Source: Candidatus Omnitrophota bacterium (GTDB taxonomy: Bacteria > Omnitrophota > Gorgyraeia > Gygaellales > Profunditerraquicolaceae). Taken from it: DNA of 64,000 nt. Positions 27,907 to 37,298 of the stretch are shown here, piece after piece. The translations under genes and the position numbers were made by a program. The stretch is taken from assembly GCA_041309005.1 (NCBI GenBank), contig JBFZAN010000053.1, forward strand, positions 34,252 through 98,251, read 5' to 3'. The first letter of the stretch is position 1. Each line of letters starts with the position of its first letter. The notes beneath the pieces were generated by a model, which saw only the letters and a program-made list of their open reading frames with translations, searched no databases and was not told the DNA's origin.

Positions 27907-30276
27907 ATGAAAAAATATCTATTGATGGCAGGGCTCTGTTGCGTGCTGTCTGCGATGGCAGGCGGCTGCGTCCAGGAAAACAAACTCACGCAGGCAAAAA
28001 ATTATTCCCACCTGTCAGATTCCTATTATCAGCGTGCCGCGGAGATTTATAAAGGCCTGATCGAAAAGGACCCTGATGATAAGGTATTGCGCTTCGGCCT
28101 GGGCAGGCTCTACTATGACCACGGCGCGTTCAGGGAAGCCGCCCTGGAGTTTAAAAAAGTCAATGACGCGCAAAGCAGGCAATTCCTCGCCCTCGCATAT
28201 TACAGGCTGGGCGATTTTACCGACGCGCTGGAAATCTTTAACCAGGAACAGCCGTCGCAGGACGAATACCGGTATTATTACGGTCTCACCTGCGAGAAAT
28301 TGAACCTTTTTGACAAGGCCCTGGAGCTCTATAAAGAGGTGAAGACCGTTCCCTTTGAGGGCTTTGCCCGGGGGCGGATCAACGCCATCGAAAAGCAGGT
28401 GCGAGGCATTCTTATAAAGGACTTAAGCCCCGAGGTAGATACACTCCTTGCTAACGCGCCGCCGCAGAAGGAGTACCCGCAGGCCGGGGCCTTGATCTTG
28501 CGCTGTGACGAAAGGATCGAGATCAGCCCTGACAACACGCTGGTTTCGTATCTGCATTACGTGGTCAAGATCCTCAATGAGCGCGGCAAGGAAGATTTTT
28601 CGGAGTCCCACATAGAGTATGATTCTACCTATGAAAAAGTGGAGCTGGAATTCGCCCGCACCATAAAACCAGACGGTACGGTAGCTCAGGTAGGCAGTCG
28701 CCACATAAGGGACGTTTCCAAGTACCTGAATTTCCCGTTATACAGTAACGCGCGGATGTTCATTATCTCATTCCCCGAGATCACAGAAGGCGCCAGTATT
28801 GAGTACAGCCTTAAGGTTTCCCGCAGCCAGCTTATTAATAAGAAAGACTTTATTATGAGCTATCCTGTCCAGGCAGATGAGCCGGTCATAGACGCGAACT
28901 TTGTCATCCGGGCGCCTAAGAATAAAATCATGCATCTGAGGGCCATAAACCAGCGGTATAACAGTTTCGGCGCGCCGCTCGCCGCGCAAATATCGCAAGA
29001 AGGCGAATACGTGCTCTACCGGTGGCACTTTAAGGATATTCCGCAGATAATCCCCGAATCCAATATGCCTCCCGGAGTCTTGATAAATCCAACCATATTG
29101 CTATCAACATTTAAAAACTGGCAGGATATTTATGAGTGGTGGTGGTCTCTTGCGAAAGATAAAATCAAGGCAGACGCTTCGATAAAAGAAAAGGTCCAAA
29201 GCCTCATCAAAAACAAGGTCACTCCGGAAGCAAAAGTCAGGGCGCTCTATAATTTCTGCGCCCAAAAGATCCGCTATGTGGCGGTTGAATACGGGCAGGC
29301 CGGCTACGAGCCCCATAAAGCCGAAGATATATTCAGGAATAAGTACGGGGACTGCAAGGACCAGGCGATCCTCCTGACCACCATGCTCAAGGAAGCGGGA
29401 TTTTCCGCCTGGCCCGTGCTCATCCCCACAAAAGACAGCTACAATCTTATTCAGGACTTTCCTTCGCTTTTCTTTGACCACTGCATCGCCGCGGTGTCCC
29501 TGGGCGAGGAGATTGTTTTTCTCGACCCTACCGCAGAGACGTGCGCCTTCGGGGACTTGCCCGAGGGGGACCAGGGAAGACAGGTGCTCATATGCAAAGA
29601 AGACGGGTATGTGATTTGGCCGACCCCGTTGTTCGGTGCTTCACATAACCGCGTTACCCAGGACCTTAAGGTCACGCTGCGTAACGACGAAAGCATGCTC
29701 GCCGAAAAGACCATTTTAATCCAGGGCGCTTATGACCAGGCGCAAAGGCGCTGGTTATTATATACTCCTCCGGAGCTTATCAGACAGTATTTGGAAGAAA
29801 AGATACAGGGCGTATCCATAGGCGCGCGCCTTGAGCGCTATACAGTCAAGAATCTCGAAGACCCGAATACGCCGGTAACCTTGTCCTACGCGTTCAGCGG
29901 CGACGAATACCTTGAGCCAGCGGGCAAACTCCGGATCGCTTCTCAGCTGGCAGGATTAGACGCTTCTTGTGTGGCAAAAAATACCCGCACCTACCCGATA
30001 GATTTCGGCATCCTGGATACCAGAGAGTCGCTATACGAGATAGAGCTTCCTTCCTCGCTTATCGTCAAATACCTGCCCGAAGAGACCAGCGAAGATAACC
30101 CCTGGATGAAATTTCATGTTACCTACGAATATAAGGGCAGAAAGGTCCGCTTTAGGCAAAGGCTGGAACTAAAGAAGAGCGTGATTTCCCAGGAAGAATA
30201 CCCTCAGTTCAAGAAAGACTATGAAAGCCTTGCCAGGAAGATCAAGCAGAGGCTGGTATTGGAAAAAGTAAAATGA
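27907..30276 (+). CDS. lipoprotein with TPR repeats, DUF3857-like and transglutaminase-like domains
   Basis: Lipobox LSAMAGGC; N-terminal TPR-like repeats; NKYGDCKDQAILLTTML is the transglutaminase-like catalytic Cys block; 789 aa. Confidence 0.6.
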   Translation: MKKYLLMAGLCCVLSAMAGGCVQENKLTQAKNYSHLSDSYYQRAAEIYKGLIEKDPDDKVLRFGLGRLYYDHGAFREAALEFKKVNDAQSRQFLALAYYRLGDFTDALEIFNQEQPSQDEYRYYYGLTCEKLNLFDKALELYKEVKTVPFEGFARGRINAIEKQVRGILIKDLSPEVDTLLANAPPQKEYPQAGALILRCDERIEISPDNTLVSYLHYVVKILNERGKEDFSESHIEYDSTYEKVELEFARTIKPDGTVAQVGSRHIRDVSKYLNFPLYSNARMFIISFPEITEGASIEYSLKVSRSQLINKKDFIMSYPVQADEPVIDANFVIRAPKNKIMHLRAINQRYNSFGAPLAAQISQEGEYVLYRWHFKDIPQIIPESNMPPGVLINPTILLSTFKNWQDIYEWWWSLAKDKIKADASIKEKVQSLIKNKVTPEAKVRALYNFCAQKIRYVAVEYGQAGYEPHKAEDIFRNKYGDCKDQAILLTTMLKEAGFSAWPVLIPTKDSYNLIQDFPSLFFDHCIAAVSLGEEIVFLDPTAETCAFGDLPEGDQGRQVLICKEDGYVIWPTPLFGASHNRVTQDLKVTLRNDESMLAEKTILIQGAYDQAQRRWLLYTPPELIRQYLEEKIQGVSIGARLERYTVKNLEDPNTPVTLSYAFSGDEYLEPAGKLRIASQLAGLDASCVAKNTRTYPIDFGILDTRESLYEIELPSSLIVKYLPEETSEDNPWMKFHVTYEYKGRKVRFRQRLELKKSVISQEEYPQFKKDYESLARKIKQRLVLEKVK

Positions 30277-32222
30277 GCACAAGCAAAGCGATCCCCCCTG
30301 AAGAAAAAAGGCGTTATCTGCGCCTTAATTCCGTGTTTCCTGTGCAGTTTAGGCTTTTGAGCCTGGACGGGAGCCGGTTTTTCTCCGACTGGATACAGGG
30401 CTTTACTAATAATATAGGTAAGGGTGGGATATGTTTGAGGGTGAATAACCTGCCTGAGGATTTGGCGGCCAGAGTAAAGGCCTTGCAGGCAAAATGTTTC
30501 CTTGAGGTAGAGGTCCCGCTGGGCAACGCCGCGGTAAGCGCGCAGGCAGCGGTCGTCTGGGTCAGGGAGATCGCAGGCCAGCAGGATAAGCTTCTTATCG
30601 GCCTTGCGTATGAAAAGATCCTCGCCGACAGTAACAGCCGGCTTATGCGTTATGTGTGGCTGAAGAAATTGTTTGTGCCGGTAATGGGGGCAACCATGAT
30701 CCTTTTGGGGCTGGGCCTCGCAGCCAACAGCTACCTGAACATAAAGCTGACCGAAGGGAATAAGGCCCTCGTCGGTCAACTCGTTACAATCCTGCAGGAC
30801 TCCCGCCTCGCCCAGAAAAAGATACGCCAGATAAGCCGCGATAAAGACGACCTGCAGCTTAAGATCCAGGCTTTGCAGGTGCGTATCCAGGCTCTCGACG
30901 AAGAAAAGAAGAAGCTGGAGGAAGGCGCATGGCTTCAGGAGCTAAAGAATGCCAGGAAGATCGGCGAGATGAAGGCTCAGATGGAAAAGCTTGGCCGGGA
31001 AAAAGCCCCTCTGCAGGAGCAATTAATCGCGTTACAGCATAAAGAGGGCGCCGTGACCGAAGAGCTGCTGCAGTTGCATCAGAAAAGAGCGGTCATAGAA
31101 AAAGCGAATTTTGACAAAATGTACCAGTGGCTTACCGTGCACCAGAACCCCCGCAGCGGCCTGGTAATGAGCTTTGAAGGGGATTCGGATGTCTCCAACT
31201 GGGGATTTATTTACGATGAGTCTCTTGCGGCGCAGGCATTTACGAAATTCCTGGATTTTGAGCGCGCGAGGAAGATCCTCGATTTCTTCGCAAAAAAAGC
31301 CAAAAGAAGAGAGGGCTTGTTTTTAAACGCCTATTATGTAGATGACGGCAGCCCCGCCGAATACATAGCACATGCGGGTCCGAATATCTGGCTGGGTATA
31401 GCCATGCTCCATTATACTGATAAAAGCAGCGATGGCCGGTATCTGCCTTTAGCCGAGGAGATCGCCCAGGCGATCATAGGGCTGCAGGATGAAGAGGGGG
31501 GTATCAGGGGAGGCCCTAATGTCGCCTGGTATTCCACCGAGCATAACCTGGATGGCTACGCTTTTTTTGACATGCTCTACAGCCTTACGGGACAGAAGAA
31601 GTACCTTGAAGCGAAAGAAAAGGTGTTACGCTGGTTAGTTAAGCATACCTATGACAGGCCCGGCATACCTATTATGCGCGGCAAAGGAGACTCCACTATC
31701 GCTACCGATACCTACGCTTGGTCTATCTCCGCGTTAGGCCCGGGCAAGCTGGAAGAGCTGGGTATGAGCCCGGACAAGGTCGTTGAATTTGCGGAAGAGA
31801 ATTGCGCGGTAGAGGTTACATTCCTCAGACCGGAAGGAACTCCGGTCAAGGTCAAAGGGTTCGATTTCGCCGCGCAACGCCACCTGGCCAGGGGCGGGGT
31901 AGTATCCAGCGAATGGACCGCCCAGATGATTCTCGCATTTAAAATAATGGCTGATTTCTATCACCGCAAGGACATGGACGCAAAAGCCTCCTCGTATGAG
32001 TCCAAGGCCGATGACTATTTAGCTCAGTTGTGCAACATGATCATTTCCAGCCCTTCGCCATCCGGACAAGGCGAAGGCTGCCTTCCCTACGCTTCCGCTG
32101 ATTCCGTGGACACCGGACATGGGTGGGTGACCCCCAAGGGCAAGGCAACGGGTTGCGTGTCCGGCACGGTATACACGATATTCGCATATTACGATTATAA
32201 CCCCTTGAGCTTAAAAGAATAA
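30273..32222 (+). CDS. PilZ-domain membrane protein with coiled-coil and C-terminal domain tentatively alpha/alpha-toroid (glycoside-hydrolase-like)
   Basis: N-terminal PilZ motifs RRYLRLNSVFPV (RxxxR) and NNIGKGGICL (DxSxGG-like); TM helix VPVMGATMILLGLGLAANSY; long coiled coil (QLKIQALQVRIQALDEEKKKLEEGA...); ~360-aa C-terminal domain with a repeated aromatic/Gly pattern. The toroid/GH-like fold is a guess from composition only. Confidence 0.55.
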   Translation: MSTSKAIPPEEKRRYLRLNSVFPVQFRLLSLDGSRFFSDWIQGFTNNIGKGGICLRVNNLPEDLAARVKALQAKCFLEVEVPLGNAAVSAQAAVVWVREIAGQQDKLLIGLAYEKILADSNSRLMRYVWLKKLFVPVMGATMILLGLGLAANSYLNIKLTEGNKALVGQLVTILQDSRLAQKKIRQISRDKDDLQLKIQALQVRIQALDEEKKKLEEGAWLQELKNARKIGEMKAQMEKLGREKAPLQEQLIALQHKEGAVTEELLQLHQKRAVIEKANFDKMYQWLTVHQNPRSGLVMSFEGDSDVSNWGFIYDESLAAQAFTKFLDFERARKILDFFAKKAKRREGLFLNAYYVDDGSPAEYIAHAGPNIWLGIAMLHYTDKSSDGRYLPLAEEIAQAIIGLQDEEGGIRGGPNVAWYSTEHNLDGYAFFDMLYSLTGQKKYLEAKEKVLRWLVKHTYDRPGIPIMRGKGDSTIATDTYAWSISALGPGKLEELGMSPDKVVEFAEENCAVEVTFLRPEGTPVKVKGFDFAAQRHLARGGVVSSEWTAQMILAFKIMADFYHRKDMDAKASSYESKADDYLAQLCNMIISSPSPSGQGEGCLPYASADSVDTGHGWVTPKGKATGCVSGTVYTIFAYYDYNPLSLKE

Positions 32223-32233
32223 AGGCCGTAGAG

Positions 32234-32893
32234 ATGGCGCGGGCGCTTGATACCCTGTTTAAGAAACTTTACGGGCATTTCGGCCCGCAGCACTGGTGGC
32301 CTGCCCGGACGCCTTTTGAGGTAATGGTCGGGGCGATCCTCACGCAGAATACGAGCTGGCGTAATGTCGAAAAGGCGATTAATAACCTCAGAGAAAAGCG
32401 CCTTCTTCGCCCGCAAAGACTTCTTCGCATGCCGGAGAAGAAACTGGCCTCTCTTATTAAGCCGGCAGGATATTACAATATTAAAACCAGGCGTTTGAAA
32501 TGCTTCCTGGAATATCTTTTCAGCCGTTACCAGGGTAATCCCGCATTGATGCGCGGCCGGGATACCGCGCTTCTCAGGAAAGAATTGCTTTGCGTCAACG
32601 GCATCGGCAAGGAAACCGCAGATTCGATACTGCTCTACGGCCTAGGCAAGCCGGTGTTCGTAGTGGACGCCTATACAAAAAGGATACTGGTGAGGCGAGG
32701 TATCATCGATGCGGATGCCGATTATGAAAAAATACAAAATTTATTTATGAAAAACCTTAAACCCAATGTACAATTATTCAATGAATACCACGCGCTCCTG
32801 GTAAAGTTGGGAAAAGATTTTTGTTTGAAGACTAAACCGAAGTGCGCGGCATGCTTTTTAAGAAAGAAAAGGAGGATCGTATGCGTACTTTGA
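32234..32893 (+). CDS. endonuclease III-domain (HhH-GPD superfamily) DNA glycosylase-like protein
   Basis: FEVMVGAILTQNTSWRNVEKAINNL and HhH LLCVNGIGKETADSILLYG with the Asp of the GPD loop (VVDAYTKRIL). Confidence 0.7.
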   Translation: MARALDTLFKKLYGHFGPQHWWPARTPFEVMVGAILTQNTSWRNVEKAINNLREKRLLRPQRLLRMPEKKLASLIKPAGYYNIKTRRLKCFLEYLFSRYQGNPALMRGRDTALLRKELLCVNGIGKETADSILLYGLGKPVFVVDAYTKRILVRRGIIDADADYEKIQNLFMKNLKPNVQLFNEYHALLVKLGKDFCLKTKPKCAACFLRKKRRIVCVL

Positions 32894-33561
32894 CAATTGC
32901 CTGTTTTCTTTCGATGTGTTTATTTTTATATGCGCAGGCCGCGCCCTGCTATGGGACAAAGATGCCAGCGAAAAAAGGGTTCTTCGCCGGCGCCCAGGTC
33001 CACTCTGTCCTGGACAGGAAGCTCGAGCACGATTCAGGAAAGATCAGGAGCGCGCAGTATTTTGTCCTTCTTTCTTACGGTTTATTTGACTGGCTTTCCG
33101 TGGATCTAAAAGGAGGCGCGGGCAACATTAAACAACGCCCCTGCGCCGGGGATGATGTAAATTATAAGATCAACTTTGCCGGCGGCTACGGCTTCAGGCT
33201 GAAATTGGTCGACAAAGGAAAGATAAAGGCGGTGTTCGGCTTCCAGCATATAAGCGTGCATCCCTCGGGTTCGGAAGTGGCGGGCATCAAACACAAGGCA
33301 ATTCTTGACGATTGGCAAACCTCGCTTTTGGTATCTTGCGATATGGGCAAAGTGACGCCATACGCGGGCACGCGCTGGTCAAGGGTTGATTATATACACA
33401 GGCAGGACTCGGACAGAAAAAGGACGATGTCTGACTTCGGTAAGAGCGTGGGGTTGATCGCCGGTTTAGACGTCCCCCTCTCGGAAAAGATATGGCTTAA
33501 CCTGGAAGGCCAGGCGTTCGACAGTGAAGCTTTTTCCTGCAGCGTTAATTACAAATTTTGA
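32881..33561 (+). CDS. outer-membrane beta-barrel protein
   Basis: Signal peptide MRTLTIACFLSMCLFLYAQA, alternating amphipathic beta-strands, C-terminal ...NYKF aromatic terminus; GGAGG RBS before ATG 32881. Confidence 0.55.
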   Translation: MRTLTIACFLSMCLFLYAQAAPCYGTKMPAKKGFFAGAQVHSVLDRKLEHDSGKIRSAQYFVLLSYGLFDWLSVDLKGGAGNIKQRPCAGDDVNYKINFAGGYGFRLKLVDKGKIKAVFGFQHISVHPSGSEVAGIKHKAILDDWQTSLLVSCDMGKVTPYAGTRWSRVDYIHRQDSDRKRTMSDFGKSVGLIAGLDVPLSEKIWLNLEGQAFDSEAFSCSVNYKF

Positions 33562-33579
33562 TCTTACGGCAGAAAACGT

Positions 33580-34728
33580 ATGGCAAATAAGAAACGCTTA
33601 CTTGCGCTTACGCGGGAACTGATCAGGATAGATTCCCAGAATCCGCCCGGGAACGAATCGCGGATAGCGGCCTTTGTCGGTTCTTATTTGAAAAAACTTG
33701 GGCTAAGGGTAAGGCTGTACGAGTTCGCGAAGAACCGTCCTAATGTCGTGGCGTATCTGGCAGGAAGGAATAAGGGCAGGTCCCTGCTTATCACGCCTCA
33801 TTTAGATACAGTGCCCGCCGGAAAAAGCTGGACGCGCGCTCCTTTCGCCGCGCAGGTACGCGGGGAAAAATTGTACGGCCTAGGCGCCACCGATTGTAAA
33901 GGTAATCTCGCGAGCGCGCTGGAGGCCCTGCGCAGTATTATCGAAGATGGCTTACGGCTGGAGTATACCCTGGTTTTTGCGGCTACCGCTGACGAAGAGA
34001 CAGGCTCCGATCTCGGCTTGATCCCGCTTTTGGACAAAGGGATCCTGACGCCTGATGCGGCGCTGGTCCTGGATTCCGATGATTTTGAGATTATCGTCGC
34101 CCAGAAAGGCCTTCTTCATGTGAAGGTGAAGGTCCGCGGCAAGAGGGCGCACGGAGCGTACCCTTGGCTCGGCGTCAACGCGATCGACGAAATGCTGGCG
34201 ATACTGCAGGCGTTAAAACGTCATGCTTTTGAATATGCGGGAAATAAATATCTTAAGCCTCCCACGGTCAATATAGGGACCATCAGGGGAGGGGACAAGG
34301 TGAATATAGTAGCAGACTGGTGTGAATGCGAATTGGATTTCAGGTTTACTCCCGGAATGTCGGCGAAAGCGATCTTGCGGGTGCTGGAACGCATTGTTCG
34401 TTCACGCGCCGGAAAATTCGAGATCGAGATCGAAGGAAGCCAGAAGCCGTATGTAATAAAAGAGGGACATTCCCTGGTAAAAGATTTGGTAGCCGCAATG
34501 CGCGCGGTCAACGTGCAGGGACGGGTACAGGGTTCGGAAGGCGCAACCACGATAACGTTTTTTCAGGATAAGCATATCCCCGCGGTTGCCACCGGCTTTG
34601 GCTGCGCGGGTTGCGCGCATATCGCGGATGAATATGTCAAGATCGACAGCCTTTACAAAGGGGCCCTTGTCCTGGAAACATTTTTAAAAAACTATACATT
34701 CGGTTCTTATAAAGAAAGAGGTGGGTAA
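33580..34728 (+). CDS. M20-family metallopeptidase (ArgE/DapE-type deacylase)
   Basis: ITPHLDTVP, GATDCKGNLA, ADEETGS motifs of M20 zinc peptidases. Confidence 0.75.
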   Translation: MANKKRLLALTRELIRIDSQNPPGNESRIAAFVGSYLKKLGLRVRLYEFAKNRPNVVAYLAGRNKGRSLLITPHLDTVPAGKSWTRAPFAAQVRGEKLYGLGATDCKGNLASALEALRSIIEDGLRLEYTLVFAATADEETGSDLGLIPLLDKGILTPDAALVLDSDDFEIIVAQKGLLHVKVKVRGKRAHGAYPWLGVNAIDEMLAILQALKRHAFEYAGNKYLKPPTVNIGTIRGGDKVNIVADWCECELDFRFTPGMSAKAILRVLERIVRSRAGKFEIEIEGSQKPYVIKEGHSLVKDLVAAMRAVNVQGRVQGSEGATTITFFQDKHIPAVATGFGCAGCAHIADEYVKIDSLYKGALVLETFLKNYTFGSYKERGG

Positions 34729-35693
34729 TGGAAGGTGTTGCGATCCATAAAAAACCGAGATTAAAAAATCCGTATTTGATCGTCGCCTGGCCGGGTATGG
34801 GAGAGGTGGCGTTCAAGGCAGCGACCTATTTGATAGATACGTTAAAAGCGCAGGAGTTCGCCGAAATGGCCGCACAGGACTTTTTTTATCTGACAGGCAG
34901 TAAAATAGAGGCCGGGGTAGTCAGCCTGCCACAGATGCCCTACAGCAAATTCTATTATTACAAAAATAAAGCGGGCAATAACGATCTGATCATATTTTTA
35001 AGCGATTCGCAGCCGGACCTGGCGAAGGCAGACGAGTATTGCAAGAGGATCATCCACGTGGCCAGGACGTTTAAGGTAAAGATGGTGATCAGCTTTGCCG
35101 CGATGCCGCAGCCCATAGACCATACCCAGCATTCCAATGTATGGTGCGCGGCCACGTCGCCGCAGCTGAATAACTCGCTAAGCAAACACAATGTACAGTT
35201 GCTTGCAGAGGGACAGGTAAGCGGCCTGAACGGCCTTTTTCTCGGGATGGCAAAGAAAGAAGGCTTCCAGGGTTTCTGCCTTTTGGGTGAGATCCCCCTG
35301 TACACCATACAGATAGAAAACCCCAAGGCTTCCCACGCGGTGCTGGAGACGCTGGGCAGGATAATCGATCTCCCGATAGATTTTTCAGGCCTCGCTGAGC
35401 AGGAGCATGGTATGGATGAGCAGATCAATAAACTGCTGGATTTCCTTAAGGTGGGGCCCACGCAAAACCCTATCAGTGAAGACGAGATAGAAAAGATCAA
35501 GAAGTCTTTGAGCCAGCTTACGAAGTTGCCTCTTTCCGTAAAAGAGAAAATCGAAAAGCTTTTTTCGGAAACCAAGACGGACATTTCGAAGGCCCGCCAG
35601 TTAAAAGACGAACTGGATAAATGGAATGTGTATCGGGAATATGAAGACAGGTTCCTGGATTTGTTCAAGAAGCAGAAGGATAAGAATAACTAA
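34728..35693 (+). CDS. PAC2-family protein
   Basis: YLIVAWPGMGEVAFKAATYLID...LSDSQPD...GLNGLFLGMAKKEG pattern of bacterial PAC2 (proteasome-assembly-chaperone-like) family; C-terminal acidic coiled coil. Confidence 0.5.
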   Translation: MEGVAIHKKPRLKNPYLIVAWPGMGEVAFKAATYLIDTLKAQEFAEMAAQDFFYLTGSKIEAGVVSLPQMPYSKFYYYKNKAGNNDLIIFLSDSQPDLAKADEYCKRIIHVARTFKVKMVISFAAMPQPIDHTQHSNVWCAATSPQLNNSLSKHNVQLLAEGQVSGLNGLFLGMAKKEGFQGFCLLGEIPLYTIQIENPKASHAVLETLGRIIDLPIDFSGLAEQEHGMDEQINKLLDFLKVGPTQNPISEDEIEKIKKSLSQLTKLPLSVKEKIEKLFSETKTDISKARQLKDELDKWNVYREYEDRFLDLFKKQKDKNN

Positions 35694-35721
35694 AAGCCCA
35701 CCCTTTTTTAAGAAAATATAC

Positions 35722-36348
35722 ATGGACGCCGCGCCGGTAAAGGCAATCATTTTTGATTTAGGCAATGTGCTCGTCAGTTTCGACCATTCCATAGCGGCGC
35801 GTAAGATCGCCCCCTTTACCGATAAGACCCTTCCCGAGATATACTCCCTCTTCTTTAACTCTAACATCACCCAGCTCTTTGAGGAAGGAAAGATCGCGCC
35901 CCTGGATTTTTTCGCAGAGGTCAAACACATGCTTGGCGCAAGGCTTGACTACGATGCCTTCCTGCCGATATGGAATGAGATCTTTTTCCTGACCGATGAG
36001 AACCGCAGGGTGTATGCGCTGGCTAAGCGCCTGAATCACCGGTACGCTACGGCGCTCCTGTCGAATATAAATATCCTGCATCTGGAGTATCTTAAAAGTA
36101 ATTTTTCCGTATTCGATGCGTTCGGTAACGTTTTTACTTCTTGTGAACTGGGATCCATCAAGCCGGACCCCTCGACCTATAATGAGGTGCTGCGGTCCCT
36201 GGGGGTAATGGCGAGTGAGGCCTTCTATGTCGACGACAGGCAGGAGCTTATCGACGCGGCGGCCGGCTTAGGGATACGGTCATTTGTGTTTATGGGCGCG
36301 CAGCAGCTGGAAAAGGATCTGTCGGATTGCGGCGTAATCGTCGAATAA
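35722..36348 (+). CDS. HAD-family hydrolase (subfamily IA)
   Basis: Motif I IIFDLGNVL, motif II LLSN, motif III/IV ...YVDDRQELI; start at ATG 35722 rather than the track's upstream ATG. Confidence 0.7.
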   Translation: MDAAPVKAIIFDLGNVLVSFDHSIAARKIAPFTDKTLPEIYSLFFNSNITQLFEEGKIAPLDFFAEVKHMLGARLDYDAFLPIWNEIFFLTDENRRVYALAKRLNHRYATALLSNINILHLEYLKSNFSVFDAFGNVFTSCELGSIKPDPSTYNEVLRSLGVMASEAFYVDDRQELIDAAAGLGIRSFVFMGAQQLEKDLSDCGVIVE

Positions 36349-36349
36349 A

Positions 36350-37084
36350 ATGAAAAGCAGCGTTTACCAGAGACGGTTTTACAGGCGATGGCAGGGCGCG
36401 CGCGATCTTTACAAGGCGCGCGTGGTAATACAGGAGACCGATCTCTACATACTTACGGACAGGCCTGTTGATCGGGATTTCGTCGGGAAGAGGCTGATGC
36501 GTTACCGCGGTCAGATAGAGCGCTATATCCAGAAGGACCGCCGTTTCCTCGCCAGTCTGAAGCCGATAACGCTCGATTCGGATGGTCCCGCAATCATACG
36601 GCAGATGGGTGAGGCCGCCAAAAAGGCCGGGGTAGGCCCCATGGCGGCGGTCGCAGGCGCTATCGCTGGATTTCTGGGCAGGGACCTTTTACGCAAGGGG
36701 TATACAGAGGTAATTATCGAGAACGGCGGCGATATATTTTTAAAGTCTTCAAAGACCCGCCTGGTAGGGATCTATGCGGGAGCTTCTCCGCTATCGCGCC
36801 GGCTCTCTCTGAAGATACGCCCTGAAGACACGCCGTTAGGCGTATGCGCCTCTTCGGGTACAGTGGGCCATTCTTTAAGTTTTGGCCGCGCCGACAGCGC
36901 GGTGGTCATTTCAAAAAACGCCTCCCTCGCGGACGCGGCAGCTACCGCAACCTGCAATCGCGTCGAAGCGAAAGAAGATATGCAAAAGGCGCTTGATTTC
37001 GCGCGCTCCGTAAAAGGGATTACCGGGGCCGTGGTCGTCATGGGGGAAGCGCTTGCCGCCTGGGGCGCCGTTGAATTGGCATAA
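36350..37084 (+). CDS. conserved hypothetical protein (UPF0280/ApbE-like?)
   Basis: GPMAAVAGAIAGFLGRDL...IIENGGDIFL...GVCASSGTVGHSLSFGRADSAVV. The family assignment is tentative. Confidence 0.4.
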   Translation: MKSSVYQRRFYRRWQGARDLYKARVVIQETDLYILTDRPVDRDFVGKRLMRYRGQIERYIQKDRRFLASLKPITLDSDGPAIIRQMGEAAKKAGVGPMAAVAGAIAGFLGRDLLRKGYTEVIIENGGDIFLKSSKTRLVGIYAGASPLSRRLSLKIRPEDTPLGVCASSGTVGHSLSFGRADSAVVISKNASLADAAATATCNRVEAKEDMQKALDFARSVKGITGAVVVMGEALAAWGAVELA

Positions 37085-37164
37085 AAACATTAAGAATACG
37101 GCCCCAAAGGGGTCTGTATGAAAAAATTTTTTTTAAATCCCCGCGTTCCGTCGATAGAAAATAC

Positions 37165-37193
37165 TTGACAAAACATACAGATGTGATAAAAAA
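37165..37193 (+). promoter_or_regulatory. putative sigma70-like promoter (-35 TTGACA; extended -10 TGaTAAAAA)
   Basis: TTGACA at 37165-37170; TG at 37184-37185 and A/T-rich hexamer 37187-37192, 16-nt spacer; ~100 nt upstream of the ATP-grasp gene. Confidence 0.35.
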
Positions 37194-37269
37194 TAAATAC
37201 AATACGTAAAGACTTAAGAAACTTTTGAGGAGGTAGGTCAGCTAAATTGGAAAAACTAGGTACTATATA

Positions 37270-37298
37270 AAGGCTCTGGGTCAAAAGAGCCTTTTTTT
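37270..37298 (+). terminator. intrinsic-terminator-like hairpin (8-bp stem AAGGCTCT/AGAGCCTT, loop GGGTCAAA, then T7) abutting the start codon at 37299
   Basis: Perfect inverted repeat followed directly by TTTTTTT; located between the putative promoter and the first Ddl-like gene. Confidence 0.5.

Noticed and set aside
37090-37284. 64-aa minus-strand ORF in the 37085-37298 intergenic region
   Set aside because: An A/T-rich intergenic region gives a low-complexity ORF by chance; no RBS; and it would overlap the promoter and hairpin elements.
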